Below, piece by piece: positions 13,795 through 24,181 of a stretch of 64,000 nt of DNA. The notes under the pieces were generated by a model. It saw only the letters and a program-made list of their open reading frames with translations. It ran no database searches and was not told the DNA's origin. The translations under genes and the position numbers were made by a program. How positions within the stretch are numbered: the first letter of the stretch is position 1; each line of letters opens with the position of its first letter. This DNA is from Deinococcus sp. (GTDB taxonomy: Bacteria > Deinococcota > Deinococci > Deinococcales > Deinococcaceae). The DNA lies in assembly GCA_965261005.1 (NCBI GenBank), contig OZ253375.1:1440001-1504000 (forward strand). Direction: 5' to 3'.

Positions 13795-13860
13795 GGCACC
13801 ACAGACAGCGGGGACCCTTGCCAGGTTTAATCATCCCGCCGAGATGTCCCAGATGGCCTT
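13795..13860 (+). promoter_or_regulatory. L10 leader (rplJ autoregulatory RNA), approximate bounds
   Basis: AGACAGCGGG...TTAA...CCCGCCGAG in the rplA-rplJ spacer resembles the L10_leader core. Confidence 0.65.
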
Positions 13861-13915
13861 TACGGCACAGTGCTTTTGCACGGGATTCAGAGACAGCGAG
13901 AGACAGGAGGCCAAC

Positions 13916-14413
13916 GTGGCGAACCAGCGCAACCAAGACAACCTGGCCGCGCTTGAGGAGAGCTTGCAGGGAATCGAGACGTTCTACGTCGTCGATTACC
14001 AAGGGCTGACGGCCGGACAGCTCGGCCAACTTCGCAAGACCCTCACCGAACGGGGCGGGCGGTTGATCGTCGCCAAGAACACCTTGATCAACCGCGCCCT
14101 GCAAGGCCAGCAGCGCGACTTTTTGGACCTCTTAAAGGGTCCCTCGGCCATCGTGGTCGTGCAGGGCGACCCAGCCGGCACCGCCAAGGCGCTGGCGGAC
14201 TTCGCCAGGACCAACGACCGCGCCATCCCGGCCACCAAGGGCGGCATGCTGGAAGGTCAGCGCGTGGACGTGGCCGTGATTCAGCGCCTCGCCAGCCTGG
14301 GCAACAAGGAGCAGTTGCAGGCCGAGCTGGTGGGCGTCCTGAGCGCGCACCTCAGCAACTTCGTGGGCGTGCTCGAAGCGTACCGCGAGAAGCTCGAAGG
14401 CCAAGCGGCCTGA
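13916..14413 (+). CDS. rplJ: 50S ribosomal protein L10
   Basis: GTG after [20 protein letters not shown]. Confidence 0.97.
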   Translation: MANQRNQDNLAALEESLQGIETFYVVDYQGLTAGQLGQLRKTLTERGGRLIVAKNTLINRALQGQQRDFLDLLKGPSAIVVVQGDPAGTAKALADFARTNDRAIPATKGGMLEGQRVDVAVIQRLASLGNKEQLQAELVGVLSAHLSNFVGVLEAYREKLEGQAA

Positions 14414-14511
14414 GTCGCTTCGGCGGCGTGGGCCGTCCCGCGTCGCCCGAGCGGAGCGAGTAGAAGTGATACGACCGTTCGCTCAAGGGGCGAACATCCG
14501 GAGGAAACACC

Positions 14512-14877
14512 ATGGCATACGACAAGCAGCAGATGATCGATACCCTCAGCGGCCTGACCATTCTGGAACTCGCCGACCTGATTGACGCCGTCAAGGAGCA
14601 GTGGGGCGTTACGGCGGCCGTGGCCGTTCAAGGGGGCGGCGGGACCGCCGCCCCCGCCGCCGAGGAGAAGACTGAATTCGACGTGATCTTGGTGGACGCG
14701 GGCGCCAGCAAGATCAACGTGATTAAAGAAATCCGTGCCATCACCGGCCTGGGCCTCAAGGAGGCCAAGGACATGTCCGAAAAGGGCGGCGCCATCCGGG
14801 AAGGCGTCAGCAAGGACGAGGCCGAGAAGGTCAAGGCGCAGCTTGAGGGCGCCGGCGCCAAGGTCGAGCTGAAGTAA
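14512..14877 (+). CDS. rplL: 50S ribosomal protein L7/L12
   Basis: [27 protein letters not shown]. Confidence 0.99.
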   Translation: MAYDKQQMIDTLSGLTILELADLIDAVKEQWGVTAAVAVQGGGGTAAPAAEEKTEFDVILVDAGASKINVIKEIRAITGLGLKEAKDMSEKGGAIREGVSKDEAEKVKAQLEGAGAKVELK

Positions 14878-14898
14878 ACAGAGAAGTACCGGGTGTGC

Positions 14899-14928
14899 AG
14901 CCCCAGGCCGTTTGGTCTGGGGTTTTTT
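14899..14928 (+). terminator. Intrinsic terminator after rplL
   Basis: GCCCCAGGCC/GGTCTGGGGT stem followed by T run. Confidence 0.8.
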
Positions 14929-14955
14929 GTGGCGCTGATTTTGTAGGCTCTGGGG

Positions 14956-15705
14956 ATGATCGTCAAATACGGCGGCAACGCCATGAAGACCCCCGAACTG
15001 CGCCGCGCCGTGGCGGGCGAGATCGCCGCCCTGCGCGGCCAGCTGCCCGTGGTGGTCGTCCACGGCGGCGGACCGGACATCGAGCGCGAGCTGGCGGCGC
15101 GCGGCATCGAGAGCGCCTTTCGGGACGGCCTGCGCGTCACGTCCCTTGAGGCCATGGACGTGGTGGAGTTGGCGCTGGGCCAGCTCAACAAGCGGCTCAG
15201 CCAGGAGATTGGGGAGGCCGTCGGCCTGACCGGGCGCGACTGTAGCTTGCTGCTGGCCGAACTGCTGGACCCCGAGTTGGGCCGGGTCGGGCGAATTGTA
15301 CGGGTGGGCGTGGGGCTGCTGCGCGCCTTGCTGGGCGTGGGCCTGACGCCGGTGGTGGGCGGCGTGGCCGTGGACGAGGAGGGCAAGGCCCTCAACGTCA
15401 ACGCCGACAGCGTGGCCGGCGCGGTCGCGGGCGCCCTCGGGGAGGGCGTGGTTTTCCTAACCGACGTGGAGGGCGTCTACCGCGCCTACCCTGACCCGGA
15501 CAGCTTGGCCGGCGAACTGTCGGTTGCCGAAGTGCGCGCCGGCGTGGCGGCGGGCTGGATCGCGGGCGGCATGTTGCCCAAGGTGGGGGCCGCCTTGGAA
15601 GCCCTCACGCGCGGCGCGCCCTTCGCGGTCATTGCCTCGGGTTTGGGGACGGGCGTGCTGAAAAAGGCGGCGATGGGCGAGGCCGGCACACGGATCGTGC
15701 CGTAA
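14956..15705 (+). CDS. argB: Acetylglutamate kinase family
   Basis: [37 protein letters not shown]. Confidence 0.88.
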   Translation: MIVKYGGNAMKTPELRRAVAGEIAALRGQLPVVVVHGGGPDIERELAARGIESAFRDGLRVTSLEAMDVVELALGQLNKRLSQEIGEAVGLTGRDCSLLLAELLDPELGRVGRIVRVGVGLLRALLGVGLTPVVGGVAVDEEGKALNVNADSVAGAVAGALGEGVVFLTDVEGVYRAYPDPDSLAGELSVAEVRAGVAAGWIAGGMLPKVGAALEALTRGAPFAVIASGLGTGVLKKAAMGEAGTRIVP

Positions 15706-15711
15706 GAACCT

Positions 15712-16926
15712 TTAGCGGCTGGCGCTTTGCGCCCGTGAGTCCTGCGGGTTCACGCCGTACACCGCGCCCCAAGGCTTATAGACGCTCTTGGTGACGTCCT
15801 GTTTATCGCGGCCGTCGGCGTAGTGCACTTGACGAGTGATGACGGCGGTCACGCCCTGCTCGGGCGAGTCAATCAGGCGCGTCTTGCCCAGGGCCACGCG
15901 CTGGTCGGCCATGTAGGTTGGGGCGGCGGGCGGCCTGAAGTTGCTCACGACCGGGTCGGAAATCTTGACTTCTCTCTCCGGCTTGGCGCCGAAGAGGTCG
16001 AAGCGCAGGGTCCCTTTTTTGCGGTCCCAGGTCGTCTGGATCAACAGGCCAGAGCCGGTGTCGTTCTTGAACTTGAGGTTCTTGTACGGCGCGTAAACGG
16101 TGGCCTCGTAGCCGACCGGGTCGTAGTAGTGGACCCGGTAAGAGTGTTGCTCGCGCGCCGTGATGGGCAAGCCGGACTCGTAGGCGGCGCGGAACATGGT
16201 GGTGGACACTTGGCAGATACCGCCGCCGTCCTCTTTCGCCAGCGTATTGCCGGAGATGATGTAGCCGGGCACAAAGCCGTTGGCGCCGTTGATGGTACCA
16301 ACGGTGGCGTTGAAGTCGAGTTCGTCACCATCCGCCAGCAGCTTGCCGTCGAACTTCTTGGCACCGACCAGAATGTTGGTTTCCCGGAAGCTGGGGCTGC
16401 CCCGGTAGCTTGACTGACCCGAGCCGAAGTGGTAGAGGATGCCCCCTCGCGCCAGCTTGTCCACCCCGTCACCGGGAGGCGTGACGTTCAGGACAATTCC
16501 CACCTCGCCCGCCCCGCCCTGTAGGGCGGTGAGCAGCTTTTGCTTCGTCGCCCCCCGGTCCACCGTCCAGCCGCTTTGCTGGCGCCCGACCCAGTGGCCG
16601 CCCTCGCTCACGAAACGGGCGTTCTTGGGCGTGCGCGCGTCGAGGCGGTCGAACACCTTGTCGAGGTCCGGCGTCAGCTTGGTCGAGAGCCGCCCGATGT
16701 GCCGGCTGCGCGCCACCCACTCGGGATTGAGGTCGAAGCGCTTGGCGATAATTTCGGTTTGCAGCTTGCCCTTGTAAATGCGCTGCTCGGGGACTGAGAA
16801 GGTCAAGCTGAACGGGGGAAAGTCAGGCCGCTTGGCTTGGGGCTGGTCGGTTCCCGATTGGGCGGTGGACACGCCAAGCATGGCAAGGGTGAGAGCGAAG
16901 AACAAGCGGCTTTTCATAAGACTCAT
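15712..16926 (-). CDS. VanW family secreted protein (start may be ATG 16917)
   Basis: Signal peptide; [24 protein letters not shown]. Confidence 0.88.
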   Translation of the reverse strand: MSLMKSRLFFALTLAMLGVSTAQSGTDQPQAKRPDFPPFSLTFSVPEQRIYKGKLQTEIIAKRFDLNPEWVARSRHIGRLSTKLTPDLDKVFDRLDARTPKNARFVSEGGHWVGRQQSGWTVDRGATKQKLLTALQGGAGEVGIVLNVTPPGDGVDKLARGGILYHFGSGQSSYRGSPSFRETNILVGAKKFDGKLLADGDELDFNATVGTINGANGFVPGYIISGNTLAKEDGGGICQVSTTMFRAAYESGLPITAREQHSYRVHYYDPVGYEATVYAPYKNLKFKNDTGSGLLIQTTWDRKKGTLRFDLFGAKPEREVKISDPVVSNFRPPAAPTYMADQRVALGKTRLIDSPEQGVTAVITRQVHYADGRDKQDVTKSVYKPWGAVYGVNPQDSRAQSASR

Positions 16927-17079
16927 AGTACGATCTTTGCCCCCGCTCGGTGTTACGGGTTCGTTGAGAACGGGGTCAGCTGCCGGTCAGCCGGTCGCCT
17001 TGACCCTCCCGGGCGCGGCGGCTATACTTCCAACGGCCGAAGGCTCTTCGGGCGGGCGTCCAAAGCGTCCTGAATGTGG

Positions 17080-17153
17080 TGGGGCATCGTCTAACGGCAG
17101 GACAACGCTCTTTGGAAGCGTCGATCATGGTTCGAATCCATGTGCCCCAGCCA
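17080..17153 (+). tRNA. tRNA-Gln(UUG), integration target
   Basis: TGGGGCA...TGCCCCA-GCCA, anticodon stem ACGCT/AGCGT, loop CTTTGGA. Confidence 0.96.
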
Positions 17154-17157
17154 AGAG

Positions 17158-17183
17158 AAAACCGCGTCTGAGACGCGGTTTTT
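17158..17183 (+). terminator. Element-supplied terminator after tRNA-Gln
   Basis: AAACCGCGTC/GACGCGGTTT stem plus T run. Confidence 0.75.
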
Positions 17184-17220
17184 GCTTTTGAGGGTTGGTG
17201 AATTTTCGGCGCAGCGCCCA

Positions 17221-17246
17221 TTTTGGCGTAGTAGTGGCGTAGTAGC
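17221..17246 (+). repeat. 26-bp repeat (2x TGGCGTAGTAG), candidate integrase arm site, left copy
   Basis: Identical to 35564-35589. Confidence 0.85.
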
Positions 17247-18572
17247 TCAGTTCAGCACCGCCACCTGTAGCACTTGGGCCGGGGCCAAATCGTCAAAGAG
17301 GTCCACCACATAGGCCCGCTTTTCGTTGTCGAAGACGTGCCTGTAAATGTCCAGGGTGATGCTTACGCTGGCATGGCCCAAAATCTTGCTCACCACCTCC
17401 ACCGGCACGCCGCGCTTGAGGGCCAGGGTTGCGTAAGTGTGGCGCAAATCGTGAGGCGAGCGGCTGGGCAGCTTGGCGCCGGCCGTCACCTCGGCGCGCA
17501 GGCGGGCCACAGCCTCACGGGGGGCGCTGGCGGCCAGGTGGCGGGCCTTGGCCTCGAAGGCGTCCGGGTCGCTCCACTCAAGGACGCGCTTCATGGTGCG
17601 GTTGAGGTTGTCCGGGGCTACCTCGCCGCCCAGCTCACCCGCGATCACGGCGTCTGAGGCGGTCCAGGCATCGCCGGCCGTCTCGCACTCCCTCGCCTGC
17701 TTGACGCGCAGCTCTTGAAGCATTCGCACCAGACTTTGCGGCATGGGAATGTCCCGGCGTGAGGCGGCCGTCTTCGGCTCCCCAGTCACCGTGCCCTTCA
17801 CGCCGCCCGTGCGAACGCGGCGCACGTGCAACACGCCCCGCCCAAGGTCCACATGCGCCCAGGTGAGGCCCGCCACCTCTTCACGGCGCAAGCCCAGGGA
17901 GAGGGCCAGAAACAGGGCGGGAAACAGGCGGCACACGCCCACGGCCTCCAGCGCCCAGCCAATCGCGGCGAAGCGCTGCACCTCGGCTTCATCGAAGACC
18001 TCACCGGCCGAAATGGGCACGGCCAGCTTGCCGCGCTTGACGCCCTCCATCGGGTTCACGTAAATGATTTGGTCGCTGACCGCCTCACGAAACAGTGAGC
18101 GCAGCTTGGCGCGCACGTGCAAGAGGGTACGCGGCGCCATCGTGCCGCCGCGCTGCATGGGGCGGGCCTGAAGGGTCGCCATCAAATCCTTGAGGTGCTG
18201 GGGGCGCACGTCGCGCACGCGCTTCTTGCCGATGTGTTCCAGGGCGTAGCCCAGCAACTCCCCGGCGCGCTTCTGGGTTTTGGGCTTCACGTCATGCTGG
18301 CGCTTCAGCCACCGCTCGGCGTACTCGCTCACGGTCACGTCTTCGGTTGCGCCGATCAGGCCGCGTGAGTAATCCGTCAGGGCCGCGCTCTTGGCACTTT
18401 CGGCCTCGCCTTTGGTCAGCTCATAGCCTGAGCGTGAAATGCGCGTGCCGTCCGCCCGGTAGCCCAGCGTGATTTCCCAACGGTGCTTCTTGCCGACTTG
18501 CCGCACGGTGCCCTGACCGTTGCCGCGCTGCTTGGTCTTCTTCTCTTTCGGCCCCTCTGCCTTGCGCGCCAT
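17247..18572 (-). CDS. Tyrosine recombinase/integrase
   Basis: RGNGQGTV N-terminus, GLRREEV, PKT, HDLRHTYA, LGHA..T.DIY. Confidence 0.96.
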   Translation of the reverse strand: MARKAEGPKEKKTKQRGNGQGTVRQVGKKHRWEITLGYRADGTRISRSGYELTKGEAESAKSAALTDYSRGLIGATEDVTVSEYAERWLKRQHDVKPKTQKRAGELLGYALEHIGKKRVRDVRPQHLKDLMATLQARPMQRGGTMAPRTLLHVRAKLRSLFREAVSDQIIYVNPMEGVKRGKLAVPISAGEVFDEAEVQRFAAIGWALEAVGVCRLFPALFLALSLGLRREEVAGLTWAHVDLGRGVLHVRRVRTGGVKGTVTGEPKTAASRRDIPMPQSLVRMLQELRVKQARECETAGDAWTASDAVIAGELGGEVAPDNLNRTMKRVLEWSDPDAFEAKARHLAASAPREAVARLRAEVTAGAKLPSRSPHDLRHTYATLALKRGVPVEVVSKILGHASVSITLDIYRHVFDNEKRAYVVDLFDDLAPAQVLQVAVLN

Positions 18573-18574
18573 GC

Positions 18575-18790
18575 TCAGCCTTCCTTCTTGACGGCCACCA
18601 GTTCCAGGCCCAGCGCGTCGAGCACCTTTTGCCAGTTGTCGGGAATGCTCCCACTGCGCCCGGTCAGAAGGCGGGCCACGTTGGGCTGTTGCATCCCGGT
18701 CATCTCGGCCAACTTCTCTTGTGTGATGCCCTGCGCCTTCATGCGCTTGCGGGCCGCTTGCCGTACTTGCTCGTTCATCGTTCGCACCAT
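18575..18790 (-). CDS. XRE-family HTH regulator (start uncertain)
   Basis: GITQEKLAEMTGMQQPNVARLL; 2 nt from integrase start. Confidence 0.88.
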   Translation of the reverse strand: MVRTMNEQVRQAARKRMKAQGITQEKLAEMTGMQQPNVARLLTGRSGSIPDNWQKVLDALGLELVAVKKEG

Positions 18791-18903
18791 ATCACCTCTT
18801 GACATAGTATATCATAGTTTGGTATTATATCAATACCAAAGAAGAGCGCCCGCCCTAGGAAGCAAAAGCGCCCTTCTTTGAGTCCCCACCGCGAGGTAAG
18901 AAC

Positions 18904-19242
18904 ATGAAAGAGAATACCAGCACCGCCCGCCCCTTCAGCCTTCCCCACACCGGCATTGTCTTCGACAACCGCATCACCGGCGAGCGCGCCGAAGTCACCG
19001 CTGACGGCGTGGCCCTCTACTGCGAAGGCACGGGCAGCCCCGTGGAAGTCGTGACCGTCACCCGTGGCCGCGCGCTCTGCTGGACCCTCAAGGTCCGCGA
19101 GGCGATGGCTTACGACTTGTACGGCTTTCTCTTCGGCACGTTGGGCCTGACCCTTCACAAAGAGCTGGACCTGGGCGAGTACGGCCTGTTTGCCCTGCCC
19201 AAGTACCAGCCGGCCGAAGGGATGGCCCAGGCGGCGGACTGA
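18904..19242 (+). CDS. Hypothetical protein divergent from the HTH gene
   Basis: GAGGT RBS, host-like codon usage, upstream TTGACA, downstream hairpin 19249-19272. Confidence 0.7.
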   Translation: MKENTSTARPFSLPHTGIVFDNRITGERAEVTADGVALYCEGTGSPVEVVTVTRGRALCWTLKVREAMAYDLYGFLFGTLGLTLHKELDLGEYGLFALPKYQPAEGMAQAAD

Positions 19243-19271
19243 GGAAACGGGGCCGGGTGAAAAGCCCGGCC

Positions 19272-19667
19272 CTAAGAACGCTTTAGCTTCAACGCCTCTT
19301 CTAGAACTTCCCAGGGCACGGCGCGACGAAAAGCCGCGCACTGAGTCGCCGGTCGCCCGCCAGCACTGAGAATGGCGTCACGGCCCGCGAGGGTTGCCGC
19401 TTTGAGCTTCACGGCCTCAGTAAGCCACAGCAGCCCAGGCGCACATTGAAAGTGGTTATAGATGAAACGGGCGTCCCGGTCCCAAGACTGGCGACCATAA
19501 GCGCCCGGCCCGCCATACTCGCCCAACCAGCCTAGCCAGTGTTCTTTCTGCGAGCGATACCAAGCGCCATACCCTGCCCCGGTACGCTGCTGCCGTTCCA
19601 GAGCCTCAGTTATTGGGGCGTGTTCAGAAAGGTTCCCGATCAGGTGCCGGAACTCTTCGGGAGTCAT
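19272..19667 (-). CDS. Hypothetical protein (QKEHWLGWL..Y.GPGAYGR motif)
   Basis: 131-aa ORF directly downstream of the R-M gene; W/Y-rich, protein-like. Confidence 0.7.
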   Translation of the reverse strand: MTPEEFRHLIGNLSEHAPITEALERQQRTGAGYGAWYRSQKEHWLGWLGEYGGPGAYGRQSWDRDARFIYNHFQCAPGLLWLTEAVKLKAATLAGRDAILSAGGRPATQCAAFRRAVPWEVLEEALKLKRS

Positions 19668-20322
19668 TGTCAGCAGTCCAGCTTCTGCTATGTAAACGGT
19701 AAGGCTGACGGCTTCCCCTTTCGATGCCCGCCCTCAAGCCGGGGTGGTTTCGCTTTCCCAGCTCGCCCGCTCCAAGTTCAGCGCCAGCAAGCGCGCCAGC
19801 ACCTCATCCTCTTCGAGCGGCCATGTCCAGCCATAGGCCGCCGCCACGGCCACGTCGAGCTGGCCGTGGGCATCGGCCAGCGACCGCACGCCCTCATTCG
19901 CCGCGCTGCCTGTAGTTCGGTAGTCGCCCAGCGCGTTGTACATGCCGGTGAGGGTCAGGCCCTTGTTCTTCAAATAGGCGCGGCATTGCTCCAGGTAACG
20001 GGCCGCCTGGGCGACCTGTTCCCGCTGGGCTTCGGTAGGGTGGGGAAAGGGGAAGGTTTCAAAGGTCGTGGTGGGGGTGTAGCGGGGGCGGTCTTCAAGG
20101 CTTGTTCCTTGCCGCGCAGCCCAGAAAACATGGATGCCGCTGTTCAGCACGCCGAAGGTGAAGTCATCATCGGCGGCGATCACGGTTATGGTTTTGGATG
20201 GAACGTATACGCGATCAATCCATACAAAAGCGCGATGCTTTGCCACCTCTGACGTGCCGATAAACCGACGGTTTAAGTTAACGAGGGCACTACGCATTGC
20301 AGGCGAAGAGCGCTTATAAAGC

Positions 20323-21797
20323 GTAACTGCTCAGCCGGAAAGCAGCAGGGGCTGTAAAGCGGGAAGGAAGAGGGCAAGCAAGCTGAGGAAAACAGCGTGA
20401 CCTTGTTTGCGCAGCGTCGAGACGAAGGAGCGAATGCGGGCGAAGTGTGAGGCCCCCTTGCCTCGGAAGCTGCCGGAGACCTTTTGGCGCAGCTTGACCA
20501 TGCGCAAGTCCCGCTCGGCCAAGTTGTTGGTGAAGGGCACCCGGAAGTCATGAGTGAAGCGCAGCACCGCGTCCTGGTGTTTGTGAAGCCGGTCGAGCAG
20601 ATTCTTGCCCCGACGCTGCCGCTGCTTGCCACGCTGTCTTTTGGGCAGGGTGGGCAAGGTGGCGTGGTGCTTGAAGCCTGCGGCGAGGGCGCTTTGGTAA
20701 CGCTGCTGCACTTCATGCCGCTGGGCTGGGGACAACTGGTCGTTCCCCTGCACCTTGGCGTCTTCGACGTGTTGCCTGGCACGATGCAACACCGTCTGCA
20801 TCTCTGCCGCCCAGTCTTCGTGCTCGAACTCGACCAGTGCGCGCAACTCCCGCAGCAAATGGGCAGCGCACAACGCGTGCTTGATGTCCAGACTGAAGTA
20901 CATCCCGTAAGCGTCGTGCAGCACGGTGCCCTGGAAGTCATTCAGCACGCCTGTCTGCACCAGCGCTGCTTTGCCACGTGAAGCGTGCGCGCTCAGCAGC
21001 GTCCAACGGGCGTTGGAGACCACATGCAGCCAAGCGTTTTGACCGTCCTGCCGGTAGCTTGTTTCGTCCGCGTGCAGAACGCCTGAGCGCTGCAATGCCT
21101 GCTGGGCGTGTTGCTCGAAGTCGTTCAGCTGCTGATAGGCACGTTCACTAGCACTGAGCACCGTCGCTTCACACAGCTCCACTCCGAACAACTCGTGCAT
21201 GGCCTCGCACGTGCGTGCCAGACTCAAATACTGCGTCTGGTGTAGATACAAGGCCAGGGTCAACACGTGCGGCCCGTATTGCACTCGGCTTGGTGTGGCT
21301 GCTGGAAAAGCAGCTTGCTCCCGTCGTCCACACTCAGGGCAGCACTTCACCTCCACCTGGTGCTCAGTGACGAAGAGCTTCACCTCGGGCAAGTCGAACA
21401 CCTGGCGTCCCACCGACGCGCTCGCTTCGATGCTGTCCCAACTTGCCCCACAAGGACACTGCCCCAACAGCGGGTGGACGATCACTTCATCGGGATGCTC
21501 CACCATCTTCAGCGTCTTACCTTGACGCCCGCGTTGCCCACCACTCGCCTTGTCAAGCTTGCGCTCAGGACTGGGGTAGCGGGGTGGCTTGGGAAAGTCG
21601 CTCGAAGGCGGCTTGCTCGATAAGCTGCTGCTCAGCTTCAGCTGCCGTTCCAATTCGGCGATGCGCTCCAGTGCCAACAGCAGTTGGCGTTTCAGCTCGA
21701 CGTTCTCGGCCAGCACTTCGTTGTACTTCGCTGCGCCGTTCATGCGCTCACCTTACCCCATCATTCCTTCCCACCCCTTCTTCGCCTGAGCAGTTAC
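20323..21797 (-). mobile_element. IS66-family insertion sequence (single-ORF, ISBst12-like), 1475 bp
   Basis: TIR GTAACTGCTCAG / CTGAGCAGTTAC; 8-bp TSD TATAAAGC at 20315-20322 and 21798-21805. Confidence 0.95.
20331..21743 (-). CDS. IS66 TnpC DDE transposase
   Basis: SSKPPSSD, zinc finger, LHADET, HD.Y, C.AHLLREL, TNNLAERDLR. Confidence 0.95.
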   Translation of the reverse strand: MNGAAKYNEVLAENVELKRQLLLALERIAELERQLKLSSSLSSKPPSSDFPKPPRYPSPERKLDKASGGQRGRQGKTLKMVEHPDEVIVHPLLGQCPCGASWDSIEASASVGRQVFDLPEVKLFVTEHQVEVKCCPECGRREQAAFPAATPSRVQYGPHVLTLALYLHQTQYLSLARTCEAMHELFGVELCEATVLSASERAYQQLNDFEQHAQQALQRSGVLHADETSYRQDGQNAWLHVVSNARWTLLSAHASRGKAALVQTGVLNDFQGTVLHDAYGMYFSLDIKHALCAAHLLRELRALVEFEHEDWAAEMQTVLHRARQHVEDAKVQGNDQLSPAQRHEVQQRYQSALAAGFKHHATLPTLPKRQRGKQRQRRGKNLLDRLHKHQDAVLRFTHDFRVPFTNNLAERDLRMVKLRQKVSGSFRGKGASHFARIRSFVSTLRKQGHAVFLSLLALFLPALQPLLLSG

Positions 21798-24181
21798 TAT
21801 AAAGCCACCATCTTTCTCTCGTTAGTTTCTCATTCGTTTTCTCTCTGATTGGTTTTACGTTCTCTAGGACGTATTGCATTGGGCGCCGATACTTCTCAGC
21901 TTCTTCGAGTGGCATCTGACTGAAATCTATAGTCCAGCGATCCGAAGACTTGTCAGTAATGTCATCTCCACCGATGTACGGCTTGAGAACGTCAGCATTG
22001 CTTACCCCAGACGGATTGAGCAAGTCCAGCCATTCCCGCGCCTTGCTTCCCGGCACATCAAATTTCCCCCCAGGCGCAACACCAATGAACGAGCGTCCCG
22101 CGTTTTCCTTCAAACGCTGGGCCTTTGATAGGTCCATGTCCGTTGCCGTCAGGTCCGGGTGAATGCGCTCAACCTCGCGGGCGACTGTCTCACGCTTGTC
22201 CGGGTCAAACTCCGGCCCGGTGTGATGCTTCAACTCGCGCCGCTTCTGCGCCCCATCATCAAAGCCGACGATGCTCACGCGCACCGCCGCCCCGTCTTGT
22301 ACCCAGGCGCGATCAGGCCAAGCGAAAAAGATTCCGCCCGTTTCGCTGATTCGTTCCAGTACCACGCGGTTTTTCCCGCCCCGAATGCTGTTGGTGCTGA
22401 TAAGTCCTGCCCGTTTCGCTACACCCGATTCAATTTGTTCGCGCGCTTTCTCGAACCAGTACGCTACCAAGTCGGCAAAACCTGGCACGCGCCCTTTGTA
22501 AGCGGCGCGCAGGGCGTCCGTATACTCATTTCCCAACGCGGCTCGCATCGGCGAATATCCCAGGAACGGCGGGTTGCCCACGATGAACTCGGCGATAGGC
22601 CAGATGGCCGGCTTGTCCCCCGCCAGCACCGCGTCCCGGTTCTGCAAGCCGCTCAGCTTCTCCAGCAAGGGGTCTTGCCGGATCGGCTCGCCGTGTTCCG
22701 CCTGCCACTGCAAAAAGCCGATCCACAGCACCATGCCCGCGATCTCGTGCGCGTAGGGGCTGACTTCCAAGCCGCGCATCTGCTTCGGGCTGACCTTCAC
22801 CGGCGCGCTTTGGTCCGTCAGCAGCCGCAAGGTCGCCCGCGCCTCCGCCTCCAAGTCCAGCAGTAGGCGCAGCGTGACGTACAGGAAGTTCCCCGATCCC
22901 ATCGCCGGGTCAAGGACGTTCACCCCGGCTAGGCGGTTCTGAAACGCCTCCAGCCGTTCCCGCGCCGCCCGTCTGGCCTCTTCCCACAGCGGGGCCGCGT
23001 CGAACAGGTCCGTTCCCTGCGGCTTGTGGGCTTCGATGGTCTTCACCAGCGGGGCGAGGTCGGTACGCACCGCCTCCCATTCCCGCCGGAGTGGCGTCAT
23101 CACCACCGGCTCCACCACGTCCAGAATGTCGGCTAAGGGCGTGTAGTGGGCGCCGAGCTGCGCCCTCTTGGCCGGGTCAATGATGCGCTCAAAGAGGGTG
23201 CCGAAGATGCTGGGGTCAATGGCGGTCCAGTCGTGCCGTGAGGCGCGCTGCAAGGTCTGAATTTCCCTCAAGGTCAGGTCCGGCGCGCTGGCGTCGCTGA
23301 ACACCTCGCCGTTGACGTGCGGAATGCGCCCGATCACGCTCACCCCACCCGCGCTCATCAGCGAGAAGAGCTGTTGGCACATCGGCCTGAAGTCTTCGGG
23401 GTGGTCCAACGCCGCCTCTAGCAGTTGCCCGAAGGTCTGACGGGGTAAAAGCTTGGCGTCCTCGGCAAACAGGGTGAAGACGCACTTGACCAGAAAGTGC
23501 GCGATGAAGTCCGGCGTGAACAGCGGCGTTCCGTCTTGACCCGTGCGGGCCTTGAGAGCGTCGCCGGCCGCCAGCAGCTCACGCACGATGGCTTCGGTAA
23601 CGAGGTCGCGCCTAGAAGTGGGATCGAAGGCGCTCGGCCGGGTCCAGGCTTCTCTTAACTTGGCGCGCTTGACGTCGAGAAGCAGGTCGTCCAAGGTGAA
23701 GGTCTCGACTTGCTTTTGGGTGCCGGTGAAGTTGGTGTGGACTTCGATCAGGCTGAGGTCCGACACCATCAGCAGCGGGGGGTTCTCCAAATCTTCGCGG
23801 TAGGCGAGGAGTTGGGTATATGCCTTCTTGAGGTCGGCGCCCTTGCCCTTGTACTCCAGGGCGAAGTGACCGCGAAACCAGACGTCCGCGAAGCCCTTGC
23901 CGCCCGTGACCTTGGCGACGTAGCGCTCAAAGGTGTAGGTGTCGCCGGTCGGGTCGGCCTCTATCGGCGTCGGGACGCCCAGCAGCCGGCACAGGTCGAG
24001 GAAGTGCTCCTGGGCGCTGGCCCGCTCTTTGTTCGCGGCGGCCCGCCACTTGCCGACAAAGGCTTCCGGGGTCATTGCCGGCCAGTTTAGCGGCCGGAAC
24101 AGGCGGTCGCGCCGGCCCATTTCACGCTGTCGAGAAAATGATAAGGGAGCCGCAGGTGCAAGCTGTACACTCAGGCCAAGC

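Larger units (their letters stand above)
19734..24075 (-). pseudogene. MmeI-like (Type IIL/IIG) restriction-modification enzyme interrupted by IS66
   Basis: FADVW...EYK nuclease motif, GAHYTP, VLDPAMGSGNFL, IVGNPPF; removing the IS and one TSD copy fuses ..RWWLY to KRSSPAMRSAL in frame (952 aa). Confidence 0.9.

Noticed and set aside
14877..14956. Absence of rpoB after rplL as a rearrangement
   Set aside because: As I recall, rpoBC is also unlinked from rplL in Deinococcus; no mobility signature here
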